From positions 3,156,347-3,220,346 of the forward strand of contig CBDHEI010000002.1 of the NCBI GenBank assembly GCA_965262055.1: a stretch of 64,000 bases of DNA, written 5' to 3'. Made by a program: the position numbers and the translations under genes. The notes beneath the pieces are model-generated. The model had not been told where the DNA came from and did no database searches. It worked only from the letters and a program-made list of their open reading frames with translations. The DNA is from Dehalococcoidia bacterium. Lineage in GTDB: Bacteria > Chloroflexota > Dehalococcoidia > Lucifugimonadales > G958296245. Positions 53,280-62,121 of this stretch are shown here, piece by piece (within the stretch, counting starts at the first letter, position 1; every line of letters begins with the position of its first letter).

Positions 53280-54209
53280 ATGTGCGGGATCGCGGGGATT
53301 CTCTTCAAGAACGGCAGTGAAGAAGGCCCGGTGGGGCAACATCTGCTCGCGATGGCGTCCACCCTTGGGAGTCGTGGTACCGATTCCACGGGAATGGCCA
53401 TTACGCGCATGGGGCAGCCCGGCACGCTCGTCATGGTGGCCTACCTGGAGGGTCTCGCGACGTCCGACGCGGGTGTCCGGGACCGCGAGGTCATAGAGCG
53501 GGTAGGGGAAGTCGCGCCAGTGGAGGGTTTCCACCTAGCCGGTGAGTTGCTGCGCGTGGTCGTACGGGACGTCTCTGAAGAGGCGAGCATCGACCTGCTA
53601 GGCAGGATTACCCGCGCCGCCGAGTCCGTGGACGAGGTCAAGGTGTTCAGCATCGGGCGCGGCATGGAGATACTCAAGGACGTAGGCGTTGCCGAGCGAC
53701 TGAACGAGGGTTACGCCGTGGGAGCGGCGTCGGGGACGCACGGGCTTGCCCATACGCGTCTGGCTACGGAGAGCCGCGTGGACGTCTGCCACTCCCACCC
53801 GTTCTGGGCGCGCCCCTTTCCCGACATAGCGGTCGTTCACAATGGCCAGCTCACCAACCACCACAAGCTGCGCCGGCAGTACGAGCGCCGCGGCTACGAG
53901 TTCCTGACCGAGAACGACTCCGAGGTGATAGCCGTCTACGTGGCCGATCGCCTGTCGCAGGGCGCCTCGCTGGCCGAAGCGCTCACCGACTCGGTGGACG
54001 TGCTGGACGGCACATTCACCTACCTGATATCGACCAAGGACTCGATCGGATACGCCAAGGACCGGTTCGCCACGAAGCCGCTGGTGGTGGCCGAGAACGA
54101 CCGGTACGTGGCCATGGCGTCCGAGGAGATAGCCTTGCTCCCAGCCATAACCCCGGACTCCGTTGTCCACGAGCCCTCCGCCAGGGCGGTGAAGACTTGG
54201 TCGAGATAG
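53280..54209 (+). CDS. class II glutamine amidotransferase (glutamate synthase N-terminal-domain-like, MgsA-like)
   Basis: MCGIAGILFKNG has the N-terminal nucleophile Cys. HTRLATES...HPF...HNGQLTNH is also present. Confidence 0.75.
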   Translation: MCGIAGILFKNGSEEGPVGQHLLAMASTLGSRGTDSTGMAITRMGQPGTLVMVAYLEGLATSDAGVRDREVIERVGEVAPVEGFHLAGELLRVVVRDVSEEASIDLLGRITRAAESVDEVKVFSIGRGMEILKDVGVAERLNEGYAVGAASGTHGLAHTRLATESRVDVCHSHPFWARPFPDIAVVHNGQLTNHHKLRRQYERRGYEFLTENDSEVIAVYVADRLSQGASLAEALTDSVDVLDGTFTYLISTKDSIGYAKDRFATKPLVVAENDRYVAMASEEIALLPAITPDSVVHEPSARAVKTWSR

Positions 54210-54889
54210 ACTGCGCCGGTCTCACCACCTCAGAGATAAACCGGAGCATCAAGGGCTCCCTCGGCCCGGAATCCTCCGTAAGAGTGCTGAACCCGGCATC
54301 GCGACACAACCTCGGCGTGGCCGTCAACGACGCGGGCAGCATATTCTTCGATGGGAGCGTCGGGTACTACTGCGCGGGCATGCTGAAGTACGCCAACGTC
54401 GAGGTGAACGGTAGCTGTGGCTGGTCTGTGGGTGAGGGAATGATGTCGGGGAGCGTCGTAGTACGCGGCAGCGCGAGCGCGGCAGCGGGCGCGGCCATAC
54501 GCGGCGGCACGCTAATCGTCCACGGCAACGCGGGGCCCAGGACTGGCATCTCCCAGAAGGGCGGGACCATCGTCATAGGCGGCGACGTCGGCTACATGTC
54601 CGGGTTCATGATGCAGAAAGGCGTGTTCGTCATCTGCGGAGACACCGGGGAGGCCCTTGGAGACTCGCTGTACGAGGGCAGAATATACGTGGGCGGGCGT
54701 ATCGAGCAGCTTGGCAACGATACCGTGGCCAAAGAGCCCGACGACGACGACGTGGCCATGCTAAAGGGACTGTTCGATCGATACAGGGTCGACGCCCCGG
54801 AACCCGAGGCCTTCACCAAGATAGAGTCTGGCAGGCGCCTGTACAACTTCGATAAGCAGGACATCGGCCTATGGAAGGCGGCGCTATGA
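54197..54889 (+). CDS. GXGXG-motif protein (glutamate synthase alpha-subunit C-terminal-domain-like, MgsB-like)
   Basis: Repeated beta-helix G-rich units are present (VVVRGSASAAAGAAIRGGTLIVHGNAGPRTG..GGTIVIGGDVGYMSG). The TTG start at 54197 overlaps the upstream gene. Confidence 0.7.
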   Translation: MVEIDCAGLTTSEINRSIKGSLGPESSVRVLNPASRHNLGVAVNDAGSIFFDGSVGYYCAGMLKYANVEVNGSCGWSVGEGMMSGSVVVRGSASAAAGAAIRGGTLIVHGNAGPRTGISQKGGTIVIGGDVGYMSGFMMQKGVFVICGDTGEALGDSLYEGRIYVGGRIEQLGNDTVAKEPDDDDVAMLKGLFDRYRVDAPEPEAFTKIESGRRLYNFDKQDIGLWKAAL

Positions 54890-56217
54890 CCACCGACGGC
54901 GGCGACGGCGCCCGGCCACTGTTGCAGGAGAGCTACTTCTACAGCCGCGAGGTGATAGAGGACATCCAGGCCAAGGCTGCCCTGGGCCGGTACCGGATTC
55001 GCGGCTTCGGGACGTTGCGCAAGCTGCCTGGGTTCGACGATCTGACCTTCGTAACGTCGGGCCTCAGCCGCGTGCCGCTGGAGGGGTACCGGGAGAAGTG
55101 CAGCACCGAGACGGTGCTCGGCTCTAGGTACGCCTCCGAACCGATGCGGCTGGAAACGCCAATAACGATAACCGGGATGAGCTATGGCGCTCTTTCGCGC
55201 AACGCCAAGGTCGCCTTGGGTAAGGCGGCGACCCGCGTGGGCATATCGACCTGCACCGGGGACGGCGGCATGCTGGAGGCGGAGCGCGAGGCGTCTCGCC
55301 TGCTCGTCTACCAGGTGCTGCCCAGCCGCTACGGTTTCGACCCCGACCACCTCCGCATGGCGGACGCGCTGGAGGTCGTGATCGGGCAGGGGGCGAAACC
55401 CGGCACGGGCGGCGTGCTGCTGGGTCAGAAGGTCTCCGAGGAGATCGCCAACCAGCGGGACCTACCTCCTGGGATCGATCAGCGCAGCCCGGTGCGGCAC
55501 CCTGACTGGATGGGCGTCGACGACCTGATCATCAAGCTCGAGGAGCTCAGGGAGGCGACCGAGGGCCGCGTTCCCGTCTACGTCAAGGTGGGCGCCGGCA
55601 GGGTCACGGACGACGTGAAGCTGGCAGCCAAGGCTGGCGCGGACGTCGTCTTCGTGGACGGCATGGAGGCCGGCACTGGCGCATCCCCGGAGATGCAGCT
55701 CGACCATACGGGTATCCCCACCATGGCGGCCCTGGTGGAGGCCGTGGCTGCGCTTGAGGATATCGACCTGAAGGACGAGGTCCAGCTGATCATCGCAGGC
55801 GGCATACGCGGAGGCGCGGACATTGCGAAAGCCCTCGCCCTTGGCGCCGATGCCGTGGCCATAGGCACTGCGGCACTCATAGCGCTAAACTGCAACCGGC
55901 CCATATACGTCGAAGACTACCGCGCCCTCGGCGCCGAGCCGGGGAAGTGCCACCATTGCCACACGGGCATGTGCCCCGTGGGGATCACGACGCAGGACCC
56001 CGACCTTATGGCGCGCCTCGACGTGGACGAAGCGGCCGACAGGGTTACACGCTACCTGAACGCTCTCACCATGGAGGTGCAGCTCGTCGCCCGCGCCTGC
56101 GGCAAGTGGAACGTGCACGACCTGGAGCCCGAAGACCTGCGCGCGCTCACGATGGACGCCTCCTTCATAACCGGCATCCCCATGGTGGGCAGCAACAAGG
56201 TGCCGGCGGGCCAGTAG
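54886..56217 (+). CDS. FMN-binding glutamate synthase family protein (MgsC-like)
   Basis: ITGMSYGALS...QGAKPGTGG...FVDGMEAGTGASP...IAGGIRGGADIAKALALGADAVAIGTA. The ATG at 54886 overlaps the upstream stop as ATGA. Confidence 0.8.
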   Translation: MTTDGGDGARPLLQESYFYSREVIEDIQAKAALGRYRIRGFGTLRKLPGFDDLTFVTSGLSRVPLEGYREKCSTETVLGSRYASEPMRLETPITITGMSYGALSRNAKVALGKAATRVGISTCTGDGGMLEAEREASRLLVYQVLPSRYGFDPDHLRMADALEVVIGQGAKPGTGGVLLGQKVSEEIANQRDLPPGIDQRSPVRHPDWMGVDDLIIKLEELREATEGRVPVYVKVGAGRVTDDVKLAAKAGADVVFVDGMEAGTGASPEMQLDHTGIPTMAALVEAVAALEDIDLKDEVQLIIAGGIRGGADIAKALALGADAVAIGTAALIALNCNRPIYVEDYRALGAEPGKCHHCHTGMCPVGITTQDPDLMARLDVDEAADRVTRYLNALTMEVQLVARACGKWNVHDLEPEDLRALTMDASFITGIPMVGSNKVPAGQ

Positions 56218-56255
56218 GGCGGGTTCGAGCCAGGCGGGCAGGGGTGCACCCCGAA

Positions 56256-57161
56256 ATGGATGAACGGAACGTAGTAACCGTGACGATAGGCGGGAGCGCC
56301 GTCCGCGTCGTCCTGCTCGAAGACGCCGCGCCGCGTATATGCTCGGCCTTCCGCGCCAGTCTCCCTCTCGACAGCTTTGCGGTGCACGCGAAGTTTGCGG
56401 GCGAGGAGCTGATAGCCATGCTGCCGTTCTACGAGGGCCCTGAGAACGAGGTGCCCTCGGTCGCGCCGGGAGACATTGGCTACTACCCCGCACGGCAGAC
56501 GCTATGCCTCTTCTACGGCGAAATCATGCCATTCGCCAGCGTCAGTCTCTTCGCCCGCGTCCATCTCGACGACCTCGGCGCTGCGCAGGAAGCGGGTAGG
56601 GCCGTACTGAGCTGCGGGCCCGCTCCTGTGAGCATCGGATGCGGGACGGGCTTGAAGGCCCCGCTGCGGCGCGGGCTTGCAGCCGGCATAGAGTCCGAAG
56701 TGCTGCGGGCCCTAGACGACATATGGTCCCATGAGCCGGAGGACGTGAGCGCTCTGCGGAGCTTCGAGCGCCCGCCGATGGGCAACATGCCCTGCGTGCT
56801 CTATGCCAACTTCGACCTGTTCTGGATCGTGGAGAACCTCCTTGTGTTCCGTGGCCTCGCCTCGGACGAGGCGCTGTCGCCCAAGCAGCTCGCGCGCACC
56901 ATGGCCGCCCTGACGCGGAAGACCCAAAGCCGGCTGGCGCATTGGGGCTTCCCAGAGGCCTGCGCCCTGCTAGAGCGCGTCTCCGACCATCTCGACCGCT
57001 CGCCTAGGCCCACGCGACGGGGCTTGGTCGCGCTGATAGACAGCCTCGTCCTGTATACCAACCGGCTGCAGTCCTGGGTCGATGCCATGGCGCCCTGGGG
57101 CGACATGGACAGCCTGGAGCTTGCCCGCCCCGCGCACGGGGAGCCTCCACTTGGGCGCTGA
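56256..57161 (+). CDS. DUF3830-like (cyclophilin-like fold) N-domain fused to an unknown C-terminal domain
   Basis: VTVTIGGSAVRVVLLEDAAPRICSAFRASLPLDSFAVHAKFAGEE...GDIGYYPARQTLCLFYGE is followed by ~170 aa with no family I recognise. Confidence 0.5.
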   Translation: MDERNVVTVTIGGSAVRVVLLEDAAPRICSAFRASLPLDSFAVHAKFAGEELIAMLPFYEGPENEVPSVAPGDIGYYPARQTLCLFYGEIMPFASVSLFARVHLDDLGAAQEAGRAVLSCGPAPVSIGCGTGLKAPLRRGLAAGIESEVLRALDDIWSHEPEDVSALRSFERPPMGNMPCVLYANFDLFWIVENLLVFRGLASDEALSPKQLARTMAALTRKTQSRLAHWGFPEACALLERVSDHLDRSPRPTRRGLVALIDSLVLYTNRLQSWVDAMAPWGDMDSLELARPAHGEPPLGR

Positions 57162-58203
57162 CGCCGAGCGCACCTACCGCGCCGCCATCATCGGATGCGG
57201 CGACGTAGGGAGCACCATAGGCGACCACATGCTGGGCGCCCCGGGGCGTTGGGTCCTGCCTCACGGCCACGCACCGTCCTACGAGGCCGCATCTCGCGTG
57301 GAGCTAGTCGCCGGCGCGGAGATACACGAAGAGAGACGGCTTGCCTTCGAGGAGCGCTGGGGCATAGCGGAGCACGTCTACGCCGACTACCGCGAGATGC
57401 TGGAGTCGGAGCAGCCAGACATCGTCAGCGTCGCCACGCCGACGCCCATGCACGAGGAGATGGCGTTGGCCTCCGTGGAGGCTGGCGTGAAGGCGATATT
57501 CCTGGAGAAGCCAATCGCCAGCAACCTGGCAGGCGCTGACCGGGTAGTGGCCGCGTGCGCCGACGCCGGCATACCCTTGGCTGTGAACCACACCCGCAGG
57601 GGCGACGCCGTCTACCGGAAAGTCGCCGAGCTGGCGCAGTCGGGAGAAGTGGGCGAACTGCACAGCATGATGATGCTGTTCCCGAGCAGGCTGATGTGGA
57701 TAGGCACACACGGACTGGACCTCATGAACTTCGTCGGCGGCGACGTGCCGGTCCGCTGGGTCAGCGGCGAGATCCAGGAAGGAGGCGACCGCGACCCCGG
57801 CGGCAACGCCATCTTCGAGTACGAGAACGGCGTGCGCGGGTTCATCAACGGCTTCAAGAACAACCCAGTCGGCTTCAGGCTGCACGTGATCGGCTCGGAG
57901 GGCGAGATCGTCATCAGCCGCTACGACCTCAAGCTGTGGCGCAACAAGCCCGGAACCCGGATGGGCTACGAGCCTGTCGTATATCCCTTCCCGCTCAGCC
58001 TCAATTACGTGTCACCCATGGTCAAGCTAATTGAGGAACTCGTGGACGCCATCGAGGGCGGCCCGGAGCCGGTCTCCAACGGCCGGACGGCGCTCAGGGC
58101 GCTTGAGCAGGTAGTCGGCATGTACTGCTCGTCGTGCCAGGACTGCCGGCGAGTCCGCCTCCCCGACGACCTTGACCGCGACCTCACCATAGACTCGCTC
58201 TAG
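57151..58203 (+). CDS. Gfo/Idh/MocA family oxidoreductase
   Basis: YRAAIIGCGDVGS is the Rossmann motif. IVSVATPTPMHEEMALASVEAGVKAIFLEKP is also present. The TTG start at 57151 is assumed. Confidence 0.7.
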   Translation: MGADAERTYRAAIIGCGDVGSTIGDHMLGAPGRWVLPHGHAPSYEAASRVELVAGAEIHEERRLAFEERWGIAEHVYADYREMLESEQPDIVSVATPTPMHEEMALASVEAGVKAIFLEKPIASNLAGADRVVAACADAGIPLAVNHTRRGDAVYRKVAELAQSGEVGELHSMMMLFPSRLMWIGTHGLDLMNFVGGDVPVRWVSGEIQEGGDRDPGGNAIFEYENGVRGFINGFKNNPVGFRLHVIGSEGEIVISRYDLKLWRNKPGTRMGYEPVVYPFPLSLNYVSPMVKLIEELVDAIEGGPEPVSNGRTALRALEQVVGMYCSSCQDCRRVRLPDDLDRDLTIDSL

Positions 58204-58217
58204 CGCCCCCGTACGTT

Positions 58218-59171
58218 CTAGCCAACCCCCGTCAGAGCCCGGCGCGGGTTCTCCACCATGATGCGGTGGAACTGCTCCTCGTCCACGCCCAGCTCGCCCA
58301 GTATCCCGAGGAGTTGCGTGGAGATGAAGTCGTACCCAGGGCCCCCATATGCCTTGTAGTCCTTCTTGTAGCAGACATCGTGTGAGAAGAGCAGATGGTC
58401 GATCAGCCCGGCGTCCAGTATCTGGCCAACGAGACCGAGCAGTTTCTCGCGCTCGTAGTCGTTGGCCTTGAGCAGGTTACCCATCCGGTCGAAGCAGATG
58501 AAGGCGCCGCGCCTGGCTATCTCCGCGCTGTACTCAAGGTAAGGGTAACTGTGACAGTGGCCGATCGACACGCGGCGTGGGTCAACGCCCTCGTCGGCCA
58601 GGATGTCCAGCTGGTCCAGCCCCACCGGACCGCGCGTACTGTGAGTTGTGAGCAGCACGCCGGTCTTCTTCTGGGCGCGGGCGGCCGCCCTAAGCACGCG
58701 CTCCTCCACCGGCGATAGCCATGTGAAGTGAGCGCCCATCTCGCCTATGATGCCTGCCTTGACGTCCGTGCCCTCGATGCCCTCCGTCAAGTCGACGACC
58801 AATTCCTCGGCGATCTCGTCCGTCTTCTTCCTCCACAGCGAGGGCTCGTAGTAGGTCTCTCTGTACCATCCGCACCCCAGGACGATGTTTACCCCCGTGC
58901 GCTCGGCGACCTGGCGCACAGCCTCGGCGTGCTTGATGGGAAAGAGATCGTGGTCGTTGCCGCGTAGGCCGCCGCTCGTCTGGTCGACGATGGTCACGCC
59001 GCCGGCCTCCTTGAAGGCGCCGATCTCCTCGGCCGTGAGATTGGGGTCGTTAAGGAAGCCGTCCCCCGACCAGACGTCGCGCATCAGGTCGAGATAGATG
59101 TGCTCGTGTATCAGGGTGAAGCCGAGTTCGTTGGCTGGCACTGGCCCGGTGACGGTCATAACGCTTTCCAT
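58218..59171 (-). CDS. phosphotriesterase-related (PTE/PHP family) amidohydrolase
   Basis: LGFTLIHEHIYLDL...TTHS...IGHC...SHD matches the binuclear-metal-centre pattern. Confidence 0.75.
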   Translation of the reverse strand: MESVMTVTGPVPANELGFTLIHEHIYLDLMRDVWSGDGFLNDPNLTAEEIGAFKEAGGVTIVDQTSGGLRGNDHDLFPIKHAEAVRQVAERTGVNIVLGCGWYRETYYEPSLWRKKTDEIAEELVVDLTEGIEGTDVKAGIIGEMGAHFTWLSPVEERVLRAAARAQKKTGVLLTTHSTRGPVGLDQLDILADEGVDPRRVSIGHCHSYPYLEYSAEIARRGAFICFDRMGNLLKANDYEREKLLGLVGQILDAGLIDHLLFSHDVCYKKDYKAYGGPGYDFISTQLLGILGELGVDEEQFHRIMVENPRRALTGVG

Positions 59172-59193
59172 CTATATCCTCCAAGCCTCAAGT

Positions 59194-61122
59194 TCAGCAG
59201 GGGTCTTCTCTGGACGTGGTGGGGCTGACGCGCATCATGTAAAGGTTTGCCGTGTCAAACGGGTCTTCACCCGCCTCCAGGGCCTCTATCCACGCCAGGC
59301 GGCTGGGCGCGTAACGTTCCCTGCATGTCTCCTTTGGAGACCTGTCCACCCACGCGAGGAACGCCTCGAAGTCGTTGATCGCGTCGTCGGTCCGGCCCAT
59401 CACCGCGTATACGAGGCCCCTGCTGTCGCTGGAAGCCCCCGATGGGTCGGCGTCGACGGCCAGGTTGCAGTAGGGCAGCGCCTGCTCCGGTTTGCCGGTT
59501 ACCCCTAGCTGCCAGCATAGGGTGGTATTGAACTTTCTTTCCTCAGGACTCAGCTCCTGGGCTCTCCGTAAGTCGTTCAACGATCTCTGCAGGTCCTCCA
59601 GCAAGGAGTGCACGAGGCCTCGGTTGAAGTATGCCATGGCGGATTCGGGCGCCAGCTCGATCGCGCGGCCGAAGTCGTCCACGGCGCGGTCGTAGTCGTC
59701 CACATAGCCGCGGGCAAGGTAGGCAATCCCCCGGTTGTGGAACGCTGCCGAGAGCTCGGGGTCGAGGTCCAGGGCATGCTCGATGTCGCCAAAGGCTCGA
59801 TCGAGGTCTCCCGTTTCGGCCCTGTCCATGTAGGTCACGGCCCTGTTGACGTAGGCGGCGGCGTATTCTGGCCGTATAGCAATGGACTGGCTCAGCTCCG
59901 AAACGGCACGGTCAAGGTCCCCAAGCTGGCCGCGTTCCCTGTATGCGATTGCCAGTATGAGGTGGGTGGTGGGATTCTCCCCCTCGATTGCCGCCGCCCT
60001 GGTCAGGTCAGCCAGGGCCTGATCCACGTCTCCGGGCCTGTCTCTTTCCAAATGCGCCAACGCCCGGCTGTTGTAGGCGTCTACCAGGCTGGGTTGCACG
60101 GCCAGGACCTGCGTGAAGAGTGTTATAGCCTCGTCGAAGTCGCCCAGTTCCCCTCCCAGGTACGCGCGTCCCAGACGGAACCTCAGCCCGGCCAGCGCCT
60201 GGGGGTCCGCGGGCGGCTGGGCCATCGCATGGATCAGCACCGCTTTCGCCTTATCGTATGCCCTCTGCTCCAAGTACAGTTGCCCGAGCGTCAGCAATGC
60301 TACGTGGCGCACCTCTTCGGTCAGGGCCACGTTGACCGTCGCGGGCAGGTCCGATGGTGAGGACGCCAGGTCCACGACCTGCTGGTCGTGCGTCTCCGAG
60401 TGGCTCTTCGGGATCGTGAAAGTGGCAATGACCCTGCCGCTGTCGTACTCCCCCCAGATCACGATGGTGGCGCCGGACTTCAGTCCAGCCTCCAGGGCCG
60501 CGTCCTCCCCGTCGATCTCCTCCGGCCACTCGACCGTCCGCACCTGTTCGAGCCCCGCCGCCATGACCTCGCTGTCGATCTGGTGCTTGAGCCTGCCCCG
60601 AACGTTGAAACCCTGCTGCCCTCCCGTGTAGTTGACGAACGGCGCCATGATGATTAGCGACTCGTCCTCCGCGGCCTCCGGGAAGCCGGGGCCGCCCAGA
60701 AGGAGCGCCGCCAGTAGGCCCGCGAGCACCGCCAGCATCACCGCCGCCACCGCGCCGGCTATTCTGGGCCATTTGCGCTGCCACAGCGGCTCCGTCTGGG
60801 CTGGAGGAGCTGGAGCCGCCTCGGCGGGCTCGGAGGTCTGCGCCTCCTCTTCTATGCGCACCGGCGGCGGGGTCTCGGTGGCGACCTGCGAGTTCTCCGG
60901 GGAGAAGCCCGCGGTCAAGAGCAGCTCGTCCTGCTCCTCCGGTTCCAGGCGGAGGAGCTCCGCCAGGCGAACAACATCCTCCCGGTGACGGGGCCGACTG
61001 GTCACACCCTCTTTCCAGCGAACGAGGGTTAGCCGGCTCACACCGACCCGGCGCGCCAGCTCGGCATCCCCGAAGCCGGTCCGAGCCATGTATTTAGTCA
61101 GCAGCTCGGCGAAAGTGTCCAA
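59194..61122 (-). CDS. membrane-anchored HTH (XRE-like) + TPR-repeat protein
   Basis: The N-terminus is ELARRVGVSRLTLVRWKEG. One TM helix follows (IAGAVAAVMLAVLAGLLAALLLGG), then multiple TPR-like units (AY.NRG.AY...GD.D.A..D...A). Confidence 0.65.
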   Translation of the reverse strand: MDTFAELLTKYMARTGFGDAELARRVGVSRLTLVRWKEGVTSRPRHREDVVRLAELLRLEPEEQDELLLTAGFSPENSQVATETPPPVRIEEEAQTSEPAEAAPAPPAQTEPLWQRKWPRIAGAVAAVMLAVLAGLLAALLLGGPGFPEAAEDESLIIMAPFVNYTGGQQGFNVRGRLKHQIDSEVMAAGLEQVRTVEWPEEIDGEDAALEAGLKSGATIVIWGEYDSGRVIATFTIPKSHSETHDQQVVDLASSPSDLPATVNVALTEEVRHVALLTLGQLYLEQRAYDKAKAVLIHAMAQPPADPQALAGLRFRLGRAYLGGELGDFDEAITLFTQVLAVQPSLVDAYNSRALAHLERDRPGDVDQALADLTRAAAIEGENPTTHLILAIAYRERGQLGDLDRAVSELSQSIAIRPEYAAAYVNRAVTYMDRAETGDLDRAFGDIEHALDLDPELSAAFHNRGIAYLARGYVDDYDRAVDDFGRAIELAPESAMAYFNRGLVHSLLEDLQRSLNDLRRAQELSPEERKFNTTLCWQLGVTGKPEQALPYCNLAVDADPSGASSDSRGLVYAVMGRTDDAINDFEAFLAWVDRSPKETCRERYAPSRLAWIEALEAGEDPFDTANLYMMRVSPTTSREDPC

Positions 61123-61288
61123 GTGTTACATCTCTGATACGGAATACACCCCAAGTGTAACGTAACTGTCGTTCGGAGTGTACAGGCTCCCCCCTCATGC
61201 TGAATGTGCGGCAGCCGGACCCGCCCGCCGAGAGCAGACCGGCAAGCCGACAACAGTGGCGAATACGCCACACCAGGAGGGAGTAGAG

Positions 61289-62121
61289 ATGGTACGAAGA
61301 CTGGGAGTATATGGAGCCGTTGCGGCGATGGTGGCGCTGGTTATGGCGCTGGCGGCCTGCGGCAGCAGGGAAGTGATTAAGGAAGTGCCCGTGGAGGTGG
61401 TGGTCGAGAGGGAAGTGGTCAAAGAGGTACAGGTGCCGGGGGAGACGATAGTAGTAGAGAAAGAGGTGGTAAGGGAGGTACAGGTGCCGGGCGAGACGGT
61501 GGTGGTGGAGAAAGAGGTAGTAAAGGAAGTGCCGGTAGAGGTGGTGGTCGAGAGGGAGGTTGTGAAGGTGGTGGAGGTTCCGGTTGAGGTGGTGGTCGAG
61601 AAAGAGGTGGTCAGAGAGGTGGAGAAGGTGGTCGTGGTGGAAGTGGTGAAGGAGGTCGAAGTAAGCACGCCTTCCACTTCCCCTGCACCGACAACCAAGT
61701 CCGGTGGGACGCCGCCTGCGACAACCTTCCAGGATTACCAGCGGGAGAGGTTCGTATCTGCGGCGCAGGACGCGGTATCGACCTTCAGCCTCGATACCGA
61801 CCGCACGTCGTACTATCTGGCCCTCAACTGGGCGCGCACTGGCTACAAAGTGGAGCCTGACTCCGTCAGGGCAGAGGAGTGGATCAACGCCTTCAACTAT
61901 GGCTACGAAGCACCGCTTCACAGCGACAGCTTCGCCATATCGACCGACGTGGTCAGCCACCCCCTGGACGGCGGGCTGCACCTCGCGCGCATCGCCTTCC
62001 AGGCGCCCAAGATGAGCTCCGACAGCACCCCGGTCAACGTGACCCTAGTGCTCGACGCCTCCGGCTCGATGCGCACGGGCAACCGGGTGGACATCGCCAG
62101 GGAGGCCGCCGAGAGCATAAG
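61289..62121 (+). pseudogene. vWA-domain lipoprotein, 5' part (split by IS1380-family element)
   Basis: The lipobox is VALVMALAACGS. A Val/Glu-rich repeat linker follows, then FQDYQRERFVSAAQDAVSTFSLDTDRTSY...EEWINAFNY...VNVTLVLDASGSM, the start of the vWA MIDAS motif DxSxS. Confidence 0.75.
61370..61660 (+). repeat. in-frame tandem repeats encoding a (K/R)EVV(K/R)EV.VP.E..VVE linker
   Basis: REVIKEVPVEVVVE REVVKEVQVPGETIVVE KEVVREVQVPGETVVVE KEVVKEVPVEVVVE REVVKVVEVPVEVVVE KEVVREVEKVVVVEVVKEVEV. Confidence 0.8.

Noticed and set aside
61370-61660. Tandem DNA repeats considered as a possible CRISPR-like array
   Set aside because: The repeats are in frame within a coding sequence, are imperfect, have no unique spacers, and there are no cas genes. 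It is a protein linker repeat.
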